A stretch of 64,000 nucleotides of DNA from an uncultured Planctomycetota bacterium (GTDB taxonomy: Bacteria > Planctomycetota > Planctomycetia > Isosphaerales > Isosphaeraceae). The translations under genes and the position numbers were made by a program. This document shows, piece after piece, positions 1-10,322 of the stretch. The notes beneath the pieces are model-generated. The model was not told the origin of the DNA, did not search any database, and worked only from the letters and a program-made list of their open reading frames with translations. The stretch covers positions 32,001 to 96,000 of the forward strand of contig CAWJTV010000024.1 in the NCBI GenBank assembly GCA_963845755.1. The letters run 5' to 3'. Within the stretch, counting starts at the first letter, position 1. Every line of letters begins with the position of its first letter.

Positions 1-1
1 G

Positions 2-3000
2 GTCCTGTCGCAGTCGCTCACCCGCGACGATGGGATCGCGATCGATTCCGAGCTGACGATCTACCAAGCCGACGGCAGCACCGTGGTCCCGTACTACGGC
101 AGCCCCTCGGGCGCGTTCAACGACGACGGCTTCCAGGACGCCGACGCCGTCATCTACGACCTCATCATGCCGTACACGGGCACTTATTATGTGAAGGTCA
201 GCACGTTCTCCGTCACCGACTCGCTCGGCATCGTTCATAATTCGGATATCGGTGACTATGAACTGTTCATGTATAGCTTCGCCACCTCGTCGTCCGACCC
301 CACGCCGGCCGCGGACGGCGACACGCTCATCGGCGGCTCCGGACAGGACACGCTCATCGGTAGCTCAGCGAGCGATCTGATCGAGGTCGTACCGGGCGAC
401 TCGGTCAGCTCCGGCTCGGGTGCCGACACAGTCGACGTGCTGCCGTACGACATCGCGATCGCCGACCCGCCACTCCAGGTCGGGAGCCCGGTCGGGCTGG
501 ACGGCAGCTTCGTGGCATCGAACCCGGGCATGGCCTACACGTATGACTGGCACGTGGTCAGCAGCAACGGCCAGGTGATCGACGACGGCCTCGGGACGGC
601 CGCGGTCAACGACGGCACGGGGACGACGGCGTTCCAGTTCACGCCGCGGGCCGCGGGCGATTATACCATCACGCTGACGATCACCGACGGATTCGGCGGC
701 GTCAACCAGGCGACACTCGCCGAGACCGTCGGGACGATTACCCCCTTCACGACCCAGATCGGGACGGGCGCCAGCGAGCTCACAGGGACGTCCGGCACAC
801 CGATCACGTTGACCGCGACGGCGACCGGCACGTATCCCGTCGCATCCTACTCCTGGGACGTGTCCGCCCCGGGTTCGACGACGCCCCCGGCGCCGGGCTC
901 CGACTCCTCCTACACCTTCACCCCCACAGCCGCCGGCGATTACGACGTAACACTGACCGCGACCGATACGAACGGGGATGTCTCGGTGTCGACGCTCACA
1001 GTCATCGTCCCCTACGTCGCCCCCTCGGTGCAGATCGTCGGAGTACCGTCGAACGAGTTCGTGGCCGAAGGGTATTCGTTCTCCCTGGCCAGCGTCGTCA
1101 ACAACCCGACGCCGGGAGACAACCTCACGGAATCGTGGACGGTCACGGCCGACGACGGCTCCCAGTCGCCCTTTACCGAGTCGGGTCCGACCGTGACCTA
1201 CACGCCGGACGACATCGGGACTTACACCGTCACGCTCGATCTGTTCGATGCCAACAACCAGGTCGTTGCGTCGGTATCCCAGCAGATCATCTCGATTGGC
1301 GTCGCCCCGAACGCGACGATCTCGGGCGGACCGCAGGGAGGGACGACGACAGAAGGCACGTCCGTCTCCTTCTCGGGCGCCGCGAGCAGTCCGAGCACGG
1401 TCACCTCGGCCAAGGGCTTCTATTACTCGTGGAGTGTGATGCTCGGCGCCTACACCTACGTCGCCCCCACGACCCCAACGATCAACGACACGAGCTTCAG
1501 CTTCACGCCGGGCCAGGCGGGGACCTTCGTCGTGTCGCTCTCCGTCACGGACTATCACGGATTCACCAGCGTTGCTGCTACCGAGACGGTCGAGGTTGCT
1601 GCGGTCCCTCCGTCGGTGACGATCACGGGCCTGCCCGCCGGCAGCGTCAGCGAGGGAACGACCGTGGCTCTCGGCAGCGTCGTCAACAACCCCAGCGCCG
1701 TGCTCCAGAGCGCCGGGTTCGCGGAGGTATGGACCGTCCTGTTCGACGGGGCGACGTACGGACCGTTCAACGGCCCGGCGCTGAACCTCACGCTCGGTTC
1801 CGTCGGCAGCTATACCGTGGAGTTGACGGCCACGGACGCCGAGGGGGTCTCGTCCACGGCGACTCAGGTGATCACCGCCACGGATACCGCTCCGGTGCTC
1901 ACGCCATCGACCTCGCCAACGATGCAGCCTCCGCAACAGGCGACGATCACCGCGTACAATCTCGGCAGCGTGACGGGCCCCGGCCTCGACAATAATCCCG
2001 GGTTTGTCACGGTAGACTGGGGCGACGGCAGCCCCGCGACGACGTTCCAGATCTCGTCCCAGGGTTCGCTGGGACTTCAGGCTCACGCCTACGAACTGCC
2101 CGGCAATTACGAAGTGACCGTCACCGTGGTCGACATCTACGGTCTCTCCGGCTCCGAATCGTTCTCGACGACCGTGGCTCCGGTCGCACCCGCGCCGGAG
2201 ATCGAGGACGCCCCGGCCTCCCTGAACTCGGGTTCGTCCGTGACGCTGGGCAGCAGTGTCACCGACTTCAGCCAGGTCGAGACGGCTCTCGGCTATACGT
2301 ATGCCTGGAGCGTTCTGTTGAACGGCTCCCCGATCACGCTTCCGGGCAACCCAGCGACCAACGGCCCCAACCTCGATTTCACGCCGGAGGTCGGCGGTAC
2401 CTATACGGTCGAGCTCTCCACCACAGACGCCAGCGGCTCGATCGGCGCCGCGTCTCCGCAGACGATCGTTGTGAACAACGTGCCGCCGACCGCGTCGTTC
2501 AGCGGCCTCCCGGCGAGCAGTCTCCCCGGCACCGCCATCACCCTGACCGGATCGGCCACCGACCCGAGCACCGTTGACACCGCCGCGGGCTTCACGTTCG
2601 ACTGGACCGTAACCGGACCGGCCAAGGTCCTTTTCACCGGCACCAGCACGACCGCCAATCCCGGCTTCACGTTTACGCCCGTCGTCGCGGGCAGTTATAC
2701 CGTCGCGATGACGGCCGTCGACAGCAACGATCTCTCCGGCTCGACCAGCCAGACATTCAGCGTCCAGGCCGTCGCGCCCAGCTTGGGTACCATCTCGGCG
2801 CCTTCGACGGTGAACAGCGGCGTGGCATTCTCGGTTTCCGACACCTTCACTGACCCCGATCCGGATGTGACCCACACCGCGGTCTGGAACTGGGGAGACT
2901 CGACGACCTCGACCGGCACGGTCACCGAGCCCCACGGCTCGACGCCGGGACAGGTGAGCGGCTCGCATACCTACACGATGGCCGGCACTTACACGATCAC

Positions 3001-4246
3001 CCTGACGCTCACCGGCAGCGACGGCCTCACCGCCCAGGCCACCGCCCAGGTGGCCACCACTCAGTCGATCATCATCCTGGACCCGACGGCCGGCGGTGCC
3101 CTCTCGCTGTCTGGCAACGCGACCATCGATGTCTCAGGTCTCATCGCGGTCGACTCGAACGCGACCACGGCCGTTTCCGCCAGCGGCAACGCGTCGGTCA
3201 CGGCCTCCAGCATCCAGGTCGTGGGGAAGGTCCAGAAGAGCGGCAACGCCAAGTTCAACCCTGCGCCTACGACCGGGGCCAAGTCCGTGGCCGACCCGCT
3301 CTCCGGGCTGTCGCTGCCCAGCACGTCGGGCCTGACCAACCATGGTGCCGAAAGCCTCTCAGGGAACGTGAAGGCGACGATCCAACCCGGCATCTACAGC
3401 GGGATCGCTGTCTCGGGCAACGCCGCTCTGACCCTGGCCAGCGGAATCTACATCATCGAAGGCGGCGGGCTCACCGTCTCGGGCAACGGTAGCATCACCG
3501 GCTCGGGCGTGATGATCGTCAATGCCGGCAGCAGTTACCCCAGCAAGGGTGGAACGTATGGCAGCATCAGCCTCAGCGGCAATGGTACCTACAGCCTGAG
3601 CCCGGCGACCAGCGGGACCTACGCGGGGATCGTGATCCTCCAGCCCAAGGACAATACCAAGGCCCTCACCCTGAGCGGCAATGCCTCCGGGATGAGTGGG
3701 ACGGTCTACGCTCCGGCCGCCCAGTTGTCGGAGAGCGGCAATGCCCAGCTCGACGCGTCCCTGATCGTCGATATGCTGACGATCAGCGGTAATGGGACAG
3801 CCGACAGCCTGACGTTGGATTCTTCCGAGGGAATGGTCGCTTACAGCCTGGCGCAGCTCGGCTCGGCGTATGGCATGGACTCCGCGTCGCTAAACTCTGG
3901 GATGAAGAGCACCGGACTCGGTCTGCTCCTCCCAGACGACGTTGGGCTTGATGTCGGAGGGGTCTCAGTCCCGTCGGCCCCGGGTTCGGTTCTCGCGTCC
4001 GTGGATCTCGCGCTGATCGACGGGAGTATGGCCCTGGATCCGACGACCTCATCGATGAACCTGGTGGTCCGGATGCAATCGGACTTGCCCGGAGTGGAAA
4101 TGGGAAAGACCTCTCGAGCGAGCCACACGCCGCAAGGTCCGACCATCGACGCTGCCACCCTGGATTCCCTGCTCAGCGGTGGATGGCGTGCACGATCGTC
4201 CTGGATCGCCGACCGACCTCGTCCTTCGATCAAGAGGTTTCTCTGA
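2..4246 (+). CDS. Giant secreted/surface protein, 5'-partial: PPC-like domain, RTX-like GGxGxD repeats, multiple PKD/Ig-like domains, C-terminal SGN-rich beta-helix
   Basis: Frame is open from base 2 (VLSQSLTRDDGIAIDSELTIYQADG...), so the true start lies upstream of the window. Motifs include GDTLIGGSGQDTLIG, recurring Y(S/T)W..F.FTP...G.Y.V.L...D units, DWGDG/WNWGD PKD motifs and many xSGNx repeats. Ser/Thr-rich. Confidence 0.85.
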   Translation, partial: VLSQSLTRDDGIAIDSELTIYQADGSTVVPYYGSPSGAFNDDGFQDADAVIYDLIMPYTGTYYVKVSTFSVTDSLGIVHNSDIGDYELFMYSFATSSSDPTPAADGDTLIGGSGQDTLIGSSASDLIEVVPGDSVSSGSGADTVDVLPYDIAIADPPLQVGSPVGLDGSFVASNPGMAYTYDWHVVSSNGQVIDDGLGTAAVNDGTGTTAFQFTPRAAGDYTITLTITDGFGGVNQATLAETVGTITPFTTQIGTGASELTGTSGTPITLTATATGTYPVASYSWDVSAPGSTTPPAPGSDSSYTFTPTAAGDYDVTLTATDTNGDVSVSTLTVIVPYVAPSVQIVGVPSNEFVAEGYSFSLASVVNNPTPGDNLTESWTVTADDGSQSPFTESGPTVTYTPDDIGTYTVTLDLFDANNQVVASVSQQIISIGVAPNATISGGPQGGTTTEGTSVSFSGAASSPSTVTSAKGFYYSWSVMLGAYTYVAPTTPTINDTSFSFTPGQAGTFVVSLSVTDYHGFTSVAATETVEVAAVPPSVTITGLPAGSVSEGTTVALGSVVNNPSAVLQSAGFAEVWTVLFDGATYGPFNGPALNLTLGSVGSYTVELTATDAEGVSSTATQVITATDTAPVLTPSTSPTMQPPQQATITAYNLGSVTGPGLDNNPGFVTVDWGDGSPATTFQISSQGSLGLQAHAYELPGNYEVTVTVVDIYGLSGSESFSTTVAPVAPAPEIEDAPASLNSGSSVTLGSSVTDFSQVETALGYTYAWSVLLNGSPITLPGNPATNGPNLDFTPEVGGTYTVELSTTDASGSIGAASPQTIVVNNVPPTASFSGLPASSLPGTAITLTGSATDPSTVDTAAGFTFDWTVTGPAKVLFTGTSTTANPGFTFTPVVAGSYTVAMTAVDSNDLSGSTSQTFSVQAVAPSLGTISAPSTVNSGVAFSVSDTFTDPDPDVTHTAVWNWGDSTTSTGTVTEPHGSTPGQVSGSHTYTMAGTYTITLTLTGSDGLTAQATAQVATTQSIIILDPTAGGALSLSGNATIDVSGLIAVDSNATTAVSASGNASVTASSIQVVGKVQKSGNAKFNPAPTTGAKSVADPLSGLSLPSTSGLTNHGAESLSGNVKATIQPGIYSGIAVSGNAALTLASGIYIIEGGGLTVSGNGSITGSGVMIVNAGSSYPSKGGTYGSISLSGNGTYSLSPATSGTYAGIVILQPKDNTKALTLSGNASGMSGTVYAPAAQLSESGNAQLDASLIVDMLTISGNGTADSLTLDSSEGMVAYSLAQLGSAYGMDSASLNSGMKSTGLGLLLPDDVGLDVGGVSVPSAPGSVLASVDLALIDGSMALDPTTSSMNLVVRMQSDLPGVEMGKTSRASHTPQGPTIDAATLDSLLSGGWRARSSWIADRPRPSIKRFL

Positions 4247-4325
4247 GAGGCTGTGTGAGAGGTTGTCTTGGCCCCGAATGAGGGCGGAATCGTATCGCTC
4301 GGGGCATGAGCCCGAGAACCCATCA

Positions 4326-6134
4326 TTACGCGACTGTCCCTTCGGGACTTCCCACACATCCCTTGGGACCTTGACCGGCCTGCACCGCGGCGATCGTGAT
4401 GATCCGGATCAGGTCATATTTCAACATCCAGGCGATCGTCGCGCGGGCCTTGTCATGGTCGATGCCGGCGTCGCGGAAGAGGATGTCCAGGTCGGCGACG
4501 AAGCAAGAAGGATCGGCCCGCTCGAGCGCGCGTCGCAGCAGGCTCGCGTCGGCGACGCGGCGATCGGCAGCGTGGTTTGTCAGCGGGAGGGTCAGCAACG
4601 TTTCCAGCACCATCGGTGCCCCCGGTGTCAGGGCGAGCTGGGTGGGACCGTGGGCGTCGAGCCAGCGAGTCGGGTAGCCGGCGAACGACCGCTCGGGCGG
4701 CGGGTAATGGGCCGGCACATCGCGATCGTCGCCGTCCCGGGCGCGAACTCGGGCGTAATCCTGACGCTGCGTCTCCTGATCGCGCCAGAGGGCCTCGTAG
4801 GCCGCGATCACGCGTGGCCATGCGAAGAGGTCGAGCGCCCGCTTGCGGGCTGCGGCGCCGAGCGACGCGCGGAGGGCTTCGTCTCCGACCAGCCGAGCCA
4901 GGGCCCCCCCGGCGGCGGCGACATCCACCGCGACGGTCTGGCTGACCTCGGCGAGGAAGTGGTCATAGTCGAGCTCACCGAACATCAGTCGAGACGTCGC
5001 CGCACCCGAGGCGCCGCGGACCATCGTGGCCGGCACCAGCAGACCGGTCCGGCCATCGTCGACCAGGTCGCGGTAACCGTCCCAGTCGGTGGCGACCACG
5101 GGCAGCCCACTGGCCATCGCCTCGACGATCACCAGGCCGAACGTCTCCTGGATGTTGTCGACGAGCGAGACGACCAGGTCCGCCGCCCGCCAGACGTCGA
5201 AACGCAGGGACGGGTCCATGCCGTTGACCCAGGTCACCGTGACGCCGGATGCAAAAGCGCGAGCTCCCTCGGCGAAGGCGTCGCGGATCGCCGGATTGGG
5301 AGCCCAGCCGGACATCAGCAGGCGAACGGTGCGGCCGGTCGCCTTCGCCGCCAGATCAACGCCACGAAACATCGGAAACGGGTGCGCCTTGGCGTGGTGC
5401 GCGAATCGTCCCACGAACAGGACGACGATCTCGTCATCGCCGATCCCCAGGGCCGTGCGCACCGCGGCGCGTTCCCCGGCTGTCGCGGGACGGAACCGTT
5501 CGGTGTCGACGCCCAGGGGAATCGTCTCCAGCCGGACGTTCCGCCCGGGCCTCCCGCCGTGCCGGTCACGGAGATACTCGGCATAGCGATCGGTGACCGA
5601 CCGCACCATCGTCGCAACGGCGCGCGACGTGCAGATCAACGCGTCGTGCGGCTCGAACGGCGCGGTGACGTACTCGCAGAGCTGTTTCACCGCGTTGGCG
5701 GAACAGAGCGTGTGGGTTACGCCAGAGAGTGCGAACGACCCGGCCCCCAGCCACTGGCGGGCCCAGGCGTATCGCGAATCGATCGGGAAGGGAAAGTAGA
5801 GTTGATGCGCCGGGGGTTGGTGAGCGAAGTCGTCGTGGAAGAACCGTTCCTCGAAGATCCGGAGCCGTCGTGTCCTCGACCGGCTCGAGGGGTGCTCGCG
5901 ACAGAACCGCTCGAGTGAGACCGCGGCGCCGCGGTGGCGAACCAGGACGGCCATCTCGGTCCAGGTTCCGTGCGTCAGGTACGCGTCGAAGAACGACCGC
6001 CCCGCAACTTGCCGGCCGACCAGGCCGGCGGCCCGGTCCCCGACGGACCCGCCGCGGACCGAGATCGGCTCGACGTAGGCGTCGTCATCGTAGAAGATCC
6101 CGATGTTGCACGGCCGAAGATCGGCGTCGATCAC
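4326..6134 (-). CDS. Glycosyltransferase family 4 (GT-B), long form
   Basis: IPLGVD, LFVGR, DNIQETFGLVIVEAMASGLPVVATDWDGYRDLV (E-x7-E motif). Confidence 0.9.
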   Translation of the reverse strand: MIDADLRPCNIGIFYDDDAYVEPISVRGGSVGDRAAGLVGRQVAGRSFFDAYLTHGTWTEMAVLVRHRGAAVSLERFCREHPSSRSRTRRLRIFEERFFHDDFAHQPPAHQLYFPFPIDSRYAWARQWLGAGSFALSGVTHTLCSANAVKQLCEYVTAPFEPHDALICTSRAVATMVRSVTDRYAEYLRDRHGGRPGRNVRLETIPLGVDTERFRPATAGERAAVRTALGIGDDEIVVLFVGRFAHHAKAHPFPMFRGVDLAAKATGRTVRLLMSGWAPNPAIRDAFAEGARAFASGVTVTWVNGMDPSLRFDVWRAADLVVSLVDNIQETFGLVIVEAMASGLPVVATDWDGYRDLVDDGRTGLLVPATMVRGASGAATSRLMFGELDYDHFLAEVSQTVAVDVAAAGGALARLVGDEALRASLGAAARKRALDLFAWPRVIAAYEALWRDQETQRQDYARVRARDGDDRDVPAHYPPPERSFAGYPTRWLDAHGPTQLALTPGAPMVLETLLTLPLTNHAADRRVADASLLRRALERADPSCFVADLDILFRDAGIDHDKARATIAWMLKYDLIRIITIAAVQAGQGPKGCVGSPEGTVA

Positions 6135-6214
6135 GAGTTCCCCCGGTCCGATGTTCGTACTCTCAAGGCCGGCGCATCGATGGCCGACGACCGTCGGGTG
6201 ATATCATTCTAATC

Positions 6215-7540
6215 TCAGAGTCGCACCCGCACTCCCAGGCGCCCGAGCAGGCCCGTGACGGCGCAGACGAACACCGCCATCCCCATTGAGCCGGCAAGGA
6301 TCACCCACACCTGCGGTGAGCTCTTGTACTTCAGGACGGTATCCCCCAGTCCGGCCAGTGAAAGGGACTCGACGATGATCGGATGCAGGAAGTAGGCGAC
6401 CAGCGGATTGGCCCCGGCGGGTCGGACGAGGATCGACCAGCCACGATACCCCGCCATGTCGATGAATCGATAAAGGAGCATCCAGGTGACGCAGGTCAGC
6501 GCGGCAGACCAGAAGCACCAGGTCGGCGTCGCCGCGATCTTGTTGATGCCCTCAAATGGATCCGTGACGAGCCCGGCCAGCAGAAGGCCGACGGTGAACG
6601 TCGTGGCCCAGGAAAGCCGATCGCGAGGCGTCACGACATCGCTGTCGCGCCGGAGGATCGTTCCGAGCAGACAGCCAGCCATCGTGATCGCGGCCAAGGA
6701 GCCCAAGGCGTCGCCGAGGCTGACGTACTTGTCGATGCTCTTGACTCCCTCCGCCAGGACTTTGAGCGGCTGCACCGCCCCTCCCAGCCAGGGTTTGTCA
6801 TCCAGCCGCGTGAACAGCCCCCCGTGTTGCATCGCCAGGTGAAGGAGCATGAGGATCGCCAGCGCACCCATCAACCATTCGCGACGCCGGCCCACGAGCA
6901 GGGTGAGCGTGGCGACAGTCAGGTAAGCCCAGCCGATCAGCCCGAGGATTCCCCACCAGCCGGTTTGCATCCAGACCCAACCTTCAATGCGGCCGAGGAA
7001 GGGGACCTCGGAGGTGCCCGGCTCGCGACGATAGAGCGACAACAGAACAATGAGTCCCACGATGCCGAGCGCCTTGACGACGGTCAGCACGGTCCGTCTC
7101 GCGGTGTGCTCGCGAGGCACGTCGCACCACGCCAGAATGATCGCGATGGAAGCCAGCACGCCCCACAGAGGCTGGCCGCGCGTCTGGCTGTCCTCGCTGT
7201 TGTATACGATCACGCCCATGAACAGGAGCCCCGCAGTGCGAATCAGGATGTGGCCGAATAGGGCCCAGGTCGACTTCCCGGCCCCGCGCCCCCGTTCGAA
7301 TGCCAGGGGGATCGACACTCCGACGATAAACAGAAATGCGGGGAACACCACGTCGGCCAGAGTCATGCCGTCGGCGCTGGGAGGCTGAATGTGGTGCATC
7401 CACGACGGGGCACCGTGGCCCAGGTCGTTAACGAAGATCATGAGCAAGATCGTCAGCCCGCGCAGCACGTCGACCGAGATGATCCGCCCGCCCTCCGTCG
7501 GTGCCCTATTGCTCGAAACCTCGACGGATTCCATCGTCAT
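6215..7540 (-). CDS. DUF5009 / heparan-alpha-glucosaminide N-acetyltransferase-like (NagX-like) membrane acyltransferase
   Basis: RIISVDVLRGLTILLMIFVN, LADVVFPAFLFIVGVSI, WWGILGLIGWAY, GINKIAATPTW, PAGANPL; many TM helices. Confidence 0.85.
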   Translation of the reverse strand: MTMESVEVSSNRAPTEGGRIISVDVLRGLTILLMIFVNDLGHGAPSWMHHIQPPSADGMTLADVVFPAFLFIVGVSIPLAFERGRGAGKSTWALFGHILIRTAGLLFMGVIVYNSEDSQTRGQPLWGVLASIAIILAWCDVPREHTARRTVLTVVKALGIVGLIVLLSLYRREPGTSEVPFLGRIEGWVWMQTGWWGILGLIGWAYLTVATLTLLVGRRREWLMGALAILMLLHLAMQHGGLFTRLDDKPWLGGAVQPLKVLAEGVKSIDKYVSLGDALGSLAAITMAGCLLGTILRRDSDVVTPRDRLSWATTFTVGLLLAGLVTDPFEGINKIAATPTWCFWSAALTCVTWMLLYRFIDMAGYRGWSILVRPAGANPLVAYFLHPIIVESLSLAGLGDTVLKYKSSPQVWVILAGSMGMAVFVCAVTGLLGRLGVRVRL

Positions 7541-8103
7541 CGAGAAACCCCCTTGCCCTTTTCAGACTGGCGATGACTCCCACTGGCCGGGCCCTAATAA
7601 CTTGGCCCGCCGATGCCCTTGCCGCCCCCCGCCGACCCGAACTCGTGCCGTTCATTGCGAGTGCAGGCGTGTTCATCGTACGGGTCGCCATCGCCGCATT
7701 GCTCCCAGATAAGGACGAATTAGTCTATCGCCTTCCTGGGAACAAGACAAAGGATGAAACAGCTTTAGACATGCGCTTCAGAAGGAGACGCCAGGATCCA
7801 CCACCGCTCGGGTCGCTCTCTCCAAACCATCGAAACTGGCTCTGATTTCCCGATCGGTGTCATTCGCGCCGTCATACCGCTCCGCCCGCCTCATCCCGTT
7901 CACAACAGCGCTCCCGCAGTGAAACACTCGGAGATATAATCTCCCGCCCCCACTTTGGCAAACGGATTGTCGCAGAACTCAAGAATCGGGCTGTTCGAAA
8001 TGCCGTTTGCGAGATCCGGTCATCCGGCTAGAATCGGGTAGATTGCTCGCATGTTGGGCTGCGTCACGGGTGGCCGTTCCTTCTCAACAGCCGTGAGGGC
8101 CTG

Positions 8104-8436
8104 ATGTCCACGACCATGATGGTTCCTGTCACAATCTCATCCGAGACTCGATCTTTCCTCGACCGACTCGGGCAGGCCGAGGATCTAGAGAAGATGATCG
8201 ACCGGGCCAGGCACATCGTGACCGGTCTTCAATCGATCGACGTCGTGCTCGACGCGGCAACGGAGGAGATGCCTCCGGGAGTGGTGCTCTGGGCCCACCG
8301 TGAGGATGTTGGCCCGGAGAGCGACTCGACGCATCGAGACTGGATCGAGTGGATGGCCGCAACATTCCCGCCCGAGGTTTGCCAGAACTTCACCCTGCTG
8401 TCGATCTATCCGCGGCTGTTATCCTTGGTCTCTTGA
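8104..8436 (+). CDS. Hypothetical protein (110 aa)
   Basis: ATG with upstream GAGG, coding-like codon usage, sigma70-like TTTGCG-N17-TAGAAT at about 8006-8034. Confidence 0.65.
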   Translation: MSTTMMVPVTISSETRSFLDRLGQAEDLEKMIDRARHIVTGLQSIDVVLDAATEEMPPGVVLWAHREDVGPESDSTHRDWIEWMAATFPPEVCQNFTLLSIYPRLLSLVS

Positions 8437-8497
8437 CTTGCCCTTGGGCGTGCCAAGTACCGATGTTCCGTTCGCATTCACCCGAGTCGGTTGCCGC

Positions 8498-9587
8498 TCA
8501 GATCGCCGCCGCGATCGCCCGGCCGACCTCCTCGGTCGAACGCGGTGCCCCCCATGTCCCGTGTCCGCGGCCCTTGCTCGCAGATTTGTTCGATCGCGCG
8601 GAGGATCGCGTCATGGGCATCTTGATAGCGCGCCGCCTCCGCGCCGGGTGCCTGGCCGAGGAAGTCGAGCATCATCGCCGCGGACCAGATCTGGCCGATC
8701 GGATTGGCGATGCCCTGGCCGGCGATATCGGGGCGCTGCCATGGACCGGTTCGAACAGCGACGGGAACCGGCGCGTCGGGTTGAGGTTCGCCGAGGGCGC
8801 GATGCCGATCGTCCCGGTGCAGGCGGGGCCCAGGTCGGACAGGATGTCCCCGAACAGGTTGCTCGCGACGACCACATCGAACCAATGGGGGTTGCGGACG
8901 AAGTGCGCCGTCAGGATATCGACGTGGTAGCGGTCAACGCGCACGTCGGGGTATTCGCGCATCATCGCCTCGACCCGCTCGTCCCAGAACGGCATCGAGA
9001 TCGAGATGCCATTGCTCTTGGTGCAACTGGTCAGATGCTTCTTCGGGCGCGACCGCGCCCGCTCGAAGGCGAATCGCAGGATGCGATCGACCCCGGTTCG
9101 CGTGAAGATCGCTTCCTGCACGACGAATTCGCGCTCGGTGCCCGCGAACATCCGGCCGCCGACGGACGAGTATTCGCCCTCGGTGTTCTCTCGGACCACG
9201 AGGAAGTCGATGTCGCCGGGCCTGCGATCGGCCAGCGGGCATGGGACACCGGGCATCAGGCGCACCGGGCGGCAGGTTGACGTACTGATCGAACTCGCGG
9301 CGGAACTGGATCAAGGAGCCCCAGAGCGAGATGTGATCGGGCACTTTCGCCGGCCAGCCGACGGCGCCGTAGAAGATCGCGTCGTGCCGGCCGATCAGCC
9401 CCTTCCAGTCGTCGGGGAGCATGGCGCCGTGCTTCAGGTAATAGTCGCAGCTCGCGAACTCGAAGTGATCGAACGCGAGGTCGAGCTGGAACCGGCGTGC
9501 GGCCTTTTCCAGGACGCGCAATCCCTCGGGAACGACTTCCTTGCCGATGCCGTCACCTGGAATCACGGCGATCCGAAATGATCTCAT
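8498..9587 (-). pseudogene. ttuC: Tartrate/D-malate dehydrogenase (decarboxylating), split by three single-base frameshifts (possibly sequencing errors)
   Basis: MRSFRIAVIPGDGIGKEV..., [51 protein letters not shown]; frameshifts at about 9272, 8730 and 8540; GGAGG RBS. Confidence 0.85.
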
Positions 9588-10020
9588 GGATATTCCTCCG
9601 GAGATGGCGGTGCCGCGCGGAGCCGTCGTGCGGCAGCCCGACGCCTGGTGCAACCACTCTTCATTGCAGGAGGGGGAAGTGATGGCCCGTGATCGGTGGG
9701 CAACACCCACCCGGACGCAGCCGGTGACTTCCGCTCTCCATGCCACGCTCAGTGACCAGGGTAATGCGAGGGCCCGGATGGGGCCAGGCCTCAATCTTCG
9801 GACTCGACCCCACCCCGGCAATCGTTCCTCAGGTTCCTGTTGTCGAAGGAAACCGATCTGGGTTCGTTCCGGCGGACGCGGCCAGTTCAGTACTCCTACG
9901 CCGTCGCGAGCCGTAAAGGTAGCCGACTGTCGAACACACCGGCTTGAAGCCGATGGCGGTTCTTCCCAACAATTCTCGGACAGAGCTCGAACGAACAAAG
10001 CCCGGGATTGCCCTCGGTTT

Positions 10021-10038
10021 TTTCGCAACATTGCGAAA
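10021..10038. promoter_or_regulatory. Perfect palindrome TTTCGCAA-CA-TTGCGAAA, candidate operator
   Basis: 8-2-8 inverted repeat in the divergent intergenic region between the dehydrogenase and the lipoprotein gene. Confidence 0.4.
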
Positions 10039-10322
10039 TGATATGCCTTGACTCATTGGCAGGATGCTATAGCGGGGCCAGACTGATCGGCGATCGGCCC
10101 GCGCGGTGCCACGAGGGATGGAGTGGCCCTGTTGAGTGATCCGCTAACTTTCCAGTAAATGTCACCTCCCGTGACCGACTGTCACGAAATCAGCCGAGCC
10201 GACAGTTTACGCGACTTGGAAATCGTGACCGGATACGAGAAATTGACTCGGGAAAACACCATCTTCGTGCCGATGGGACAACTGCGCATGCCGCATTCGG
10301 CCTTCGACCCGGAGCTTCCCAG

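Noticed and set aside
365..2968. 867-aa antisense ORF and other long shadow ORFs (e.g. 4179-5918, 29374-30876, 37863-39620, 44818-47259)
   Set aside because: They are Arg/Gly/Pro-rich antisense or off-frame shadows of well-supported genes, as expected in high-GC DNA.
7501..7845. 114-aa ORF in the DUF5009 upstream region
   Set aside because: No motif, poor codon bias, and it overlaps the neighbouring start. Treated as intergenic.
9588..10031. Long N-terminal extension of the tartrate dehydrogenase ORF
   Set aside because: Homology and a GGAGG RBS place the start at 9587. The upstream translation is not protein-like.
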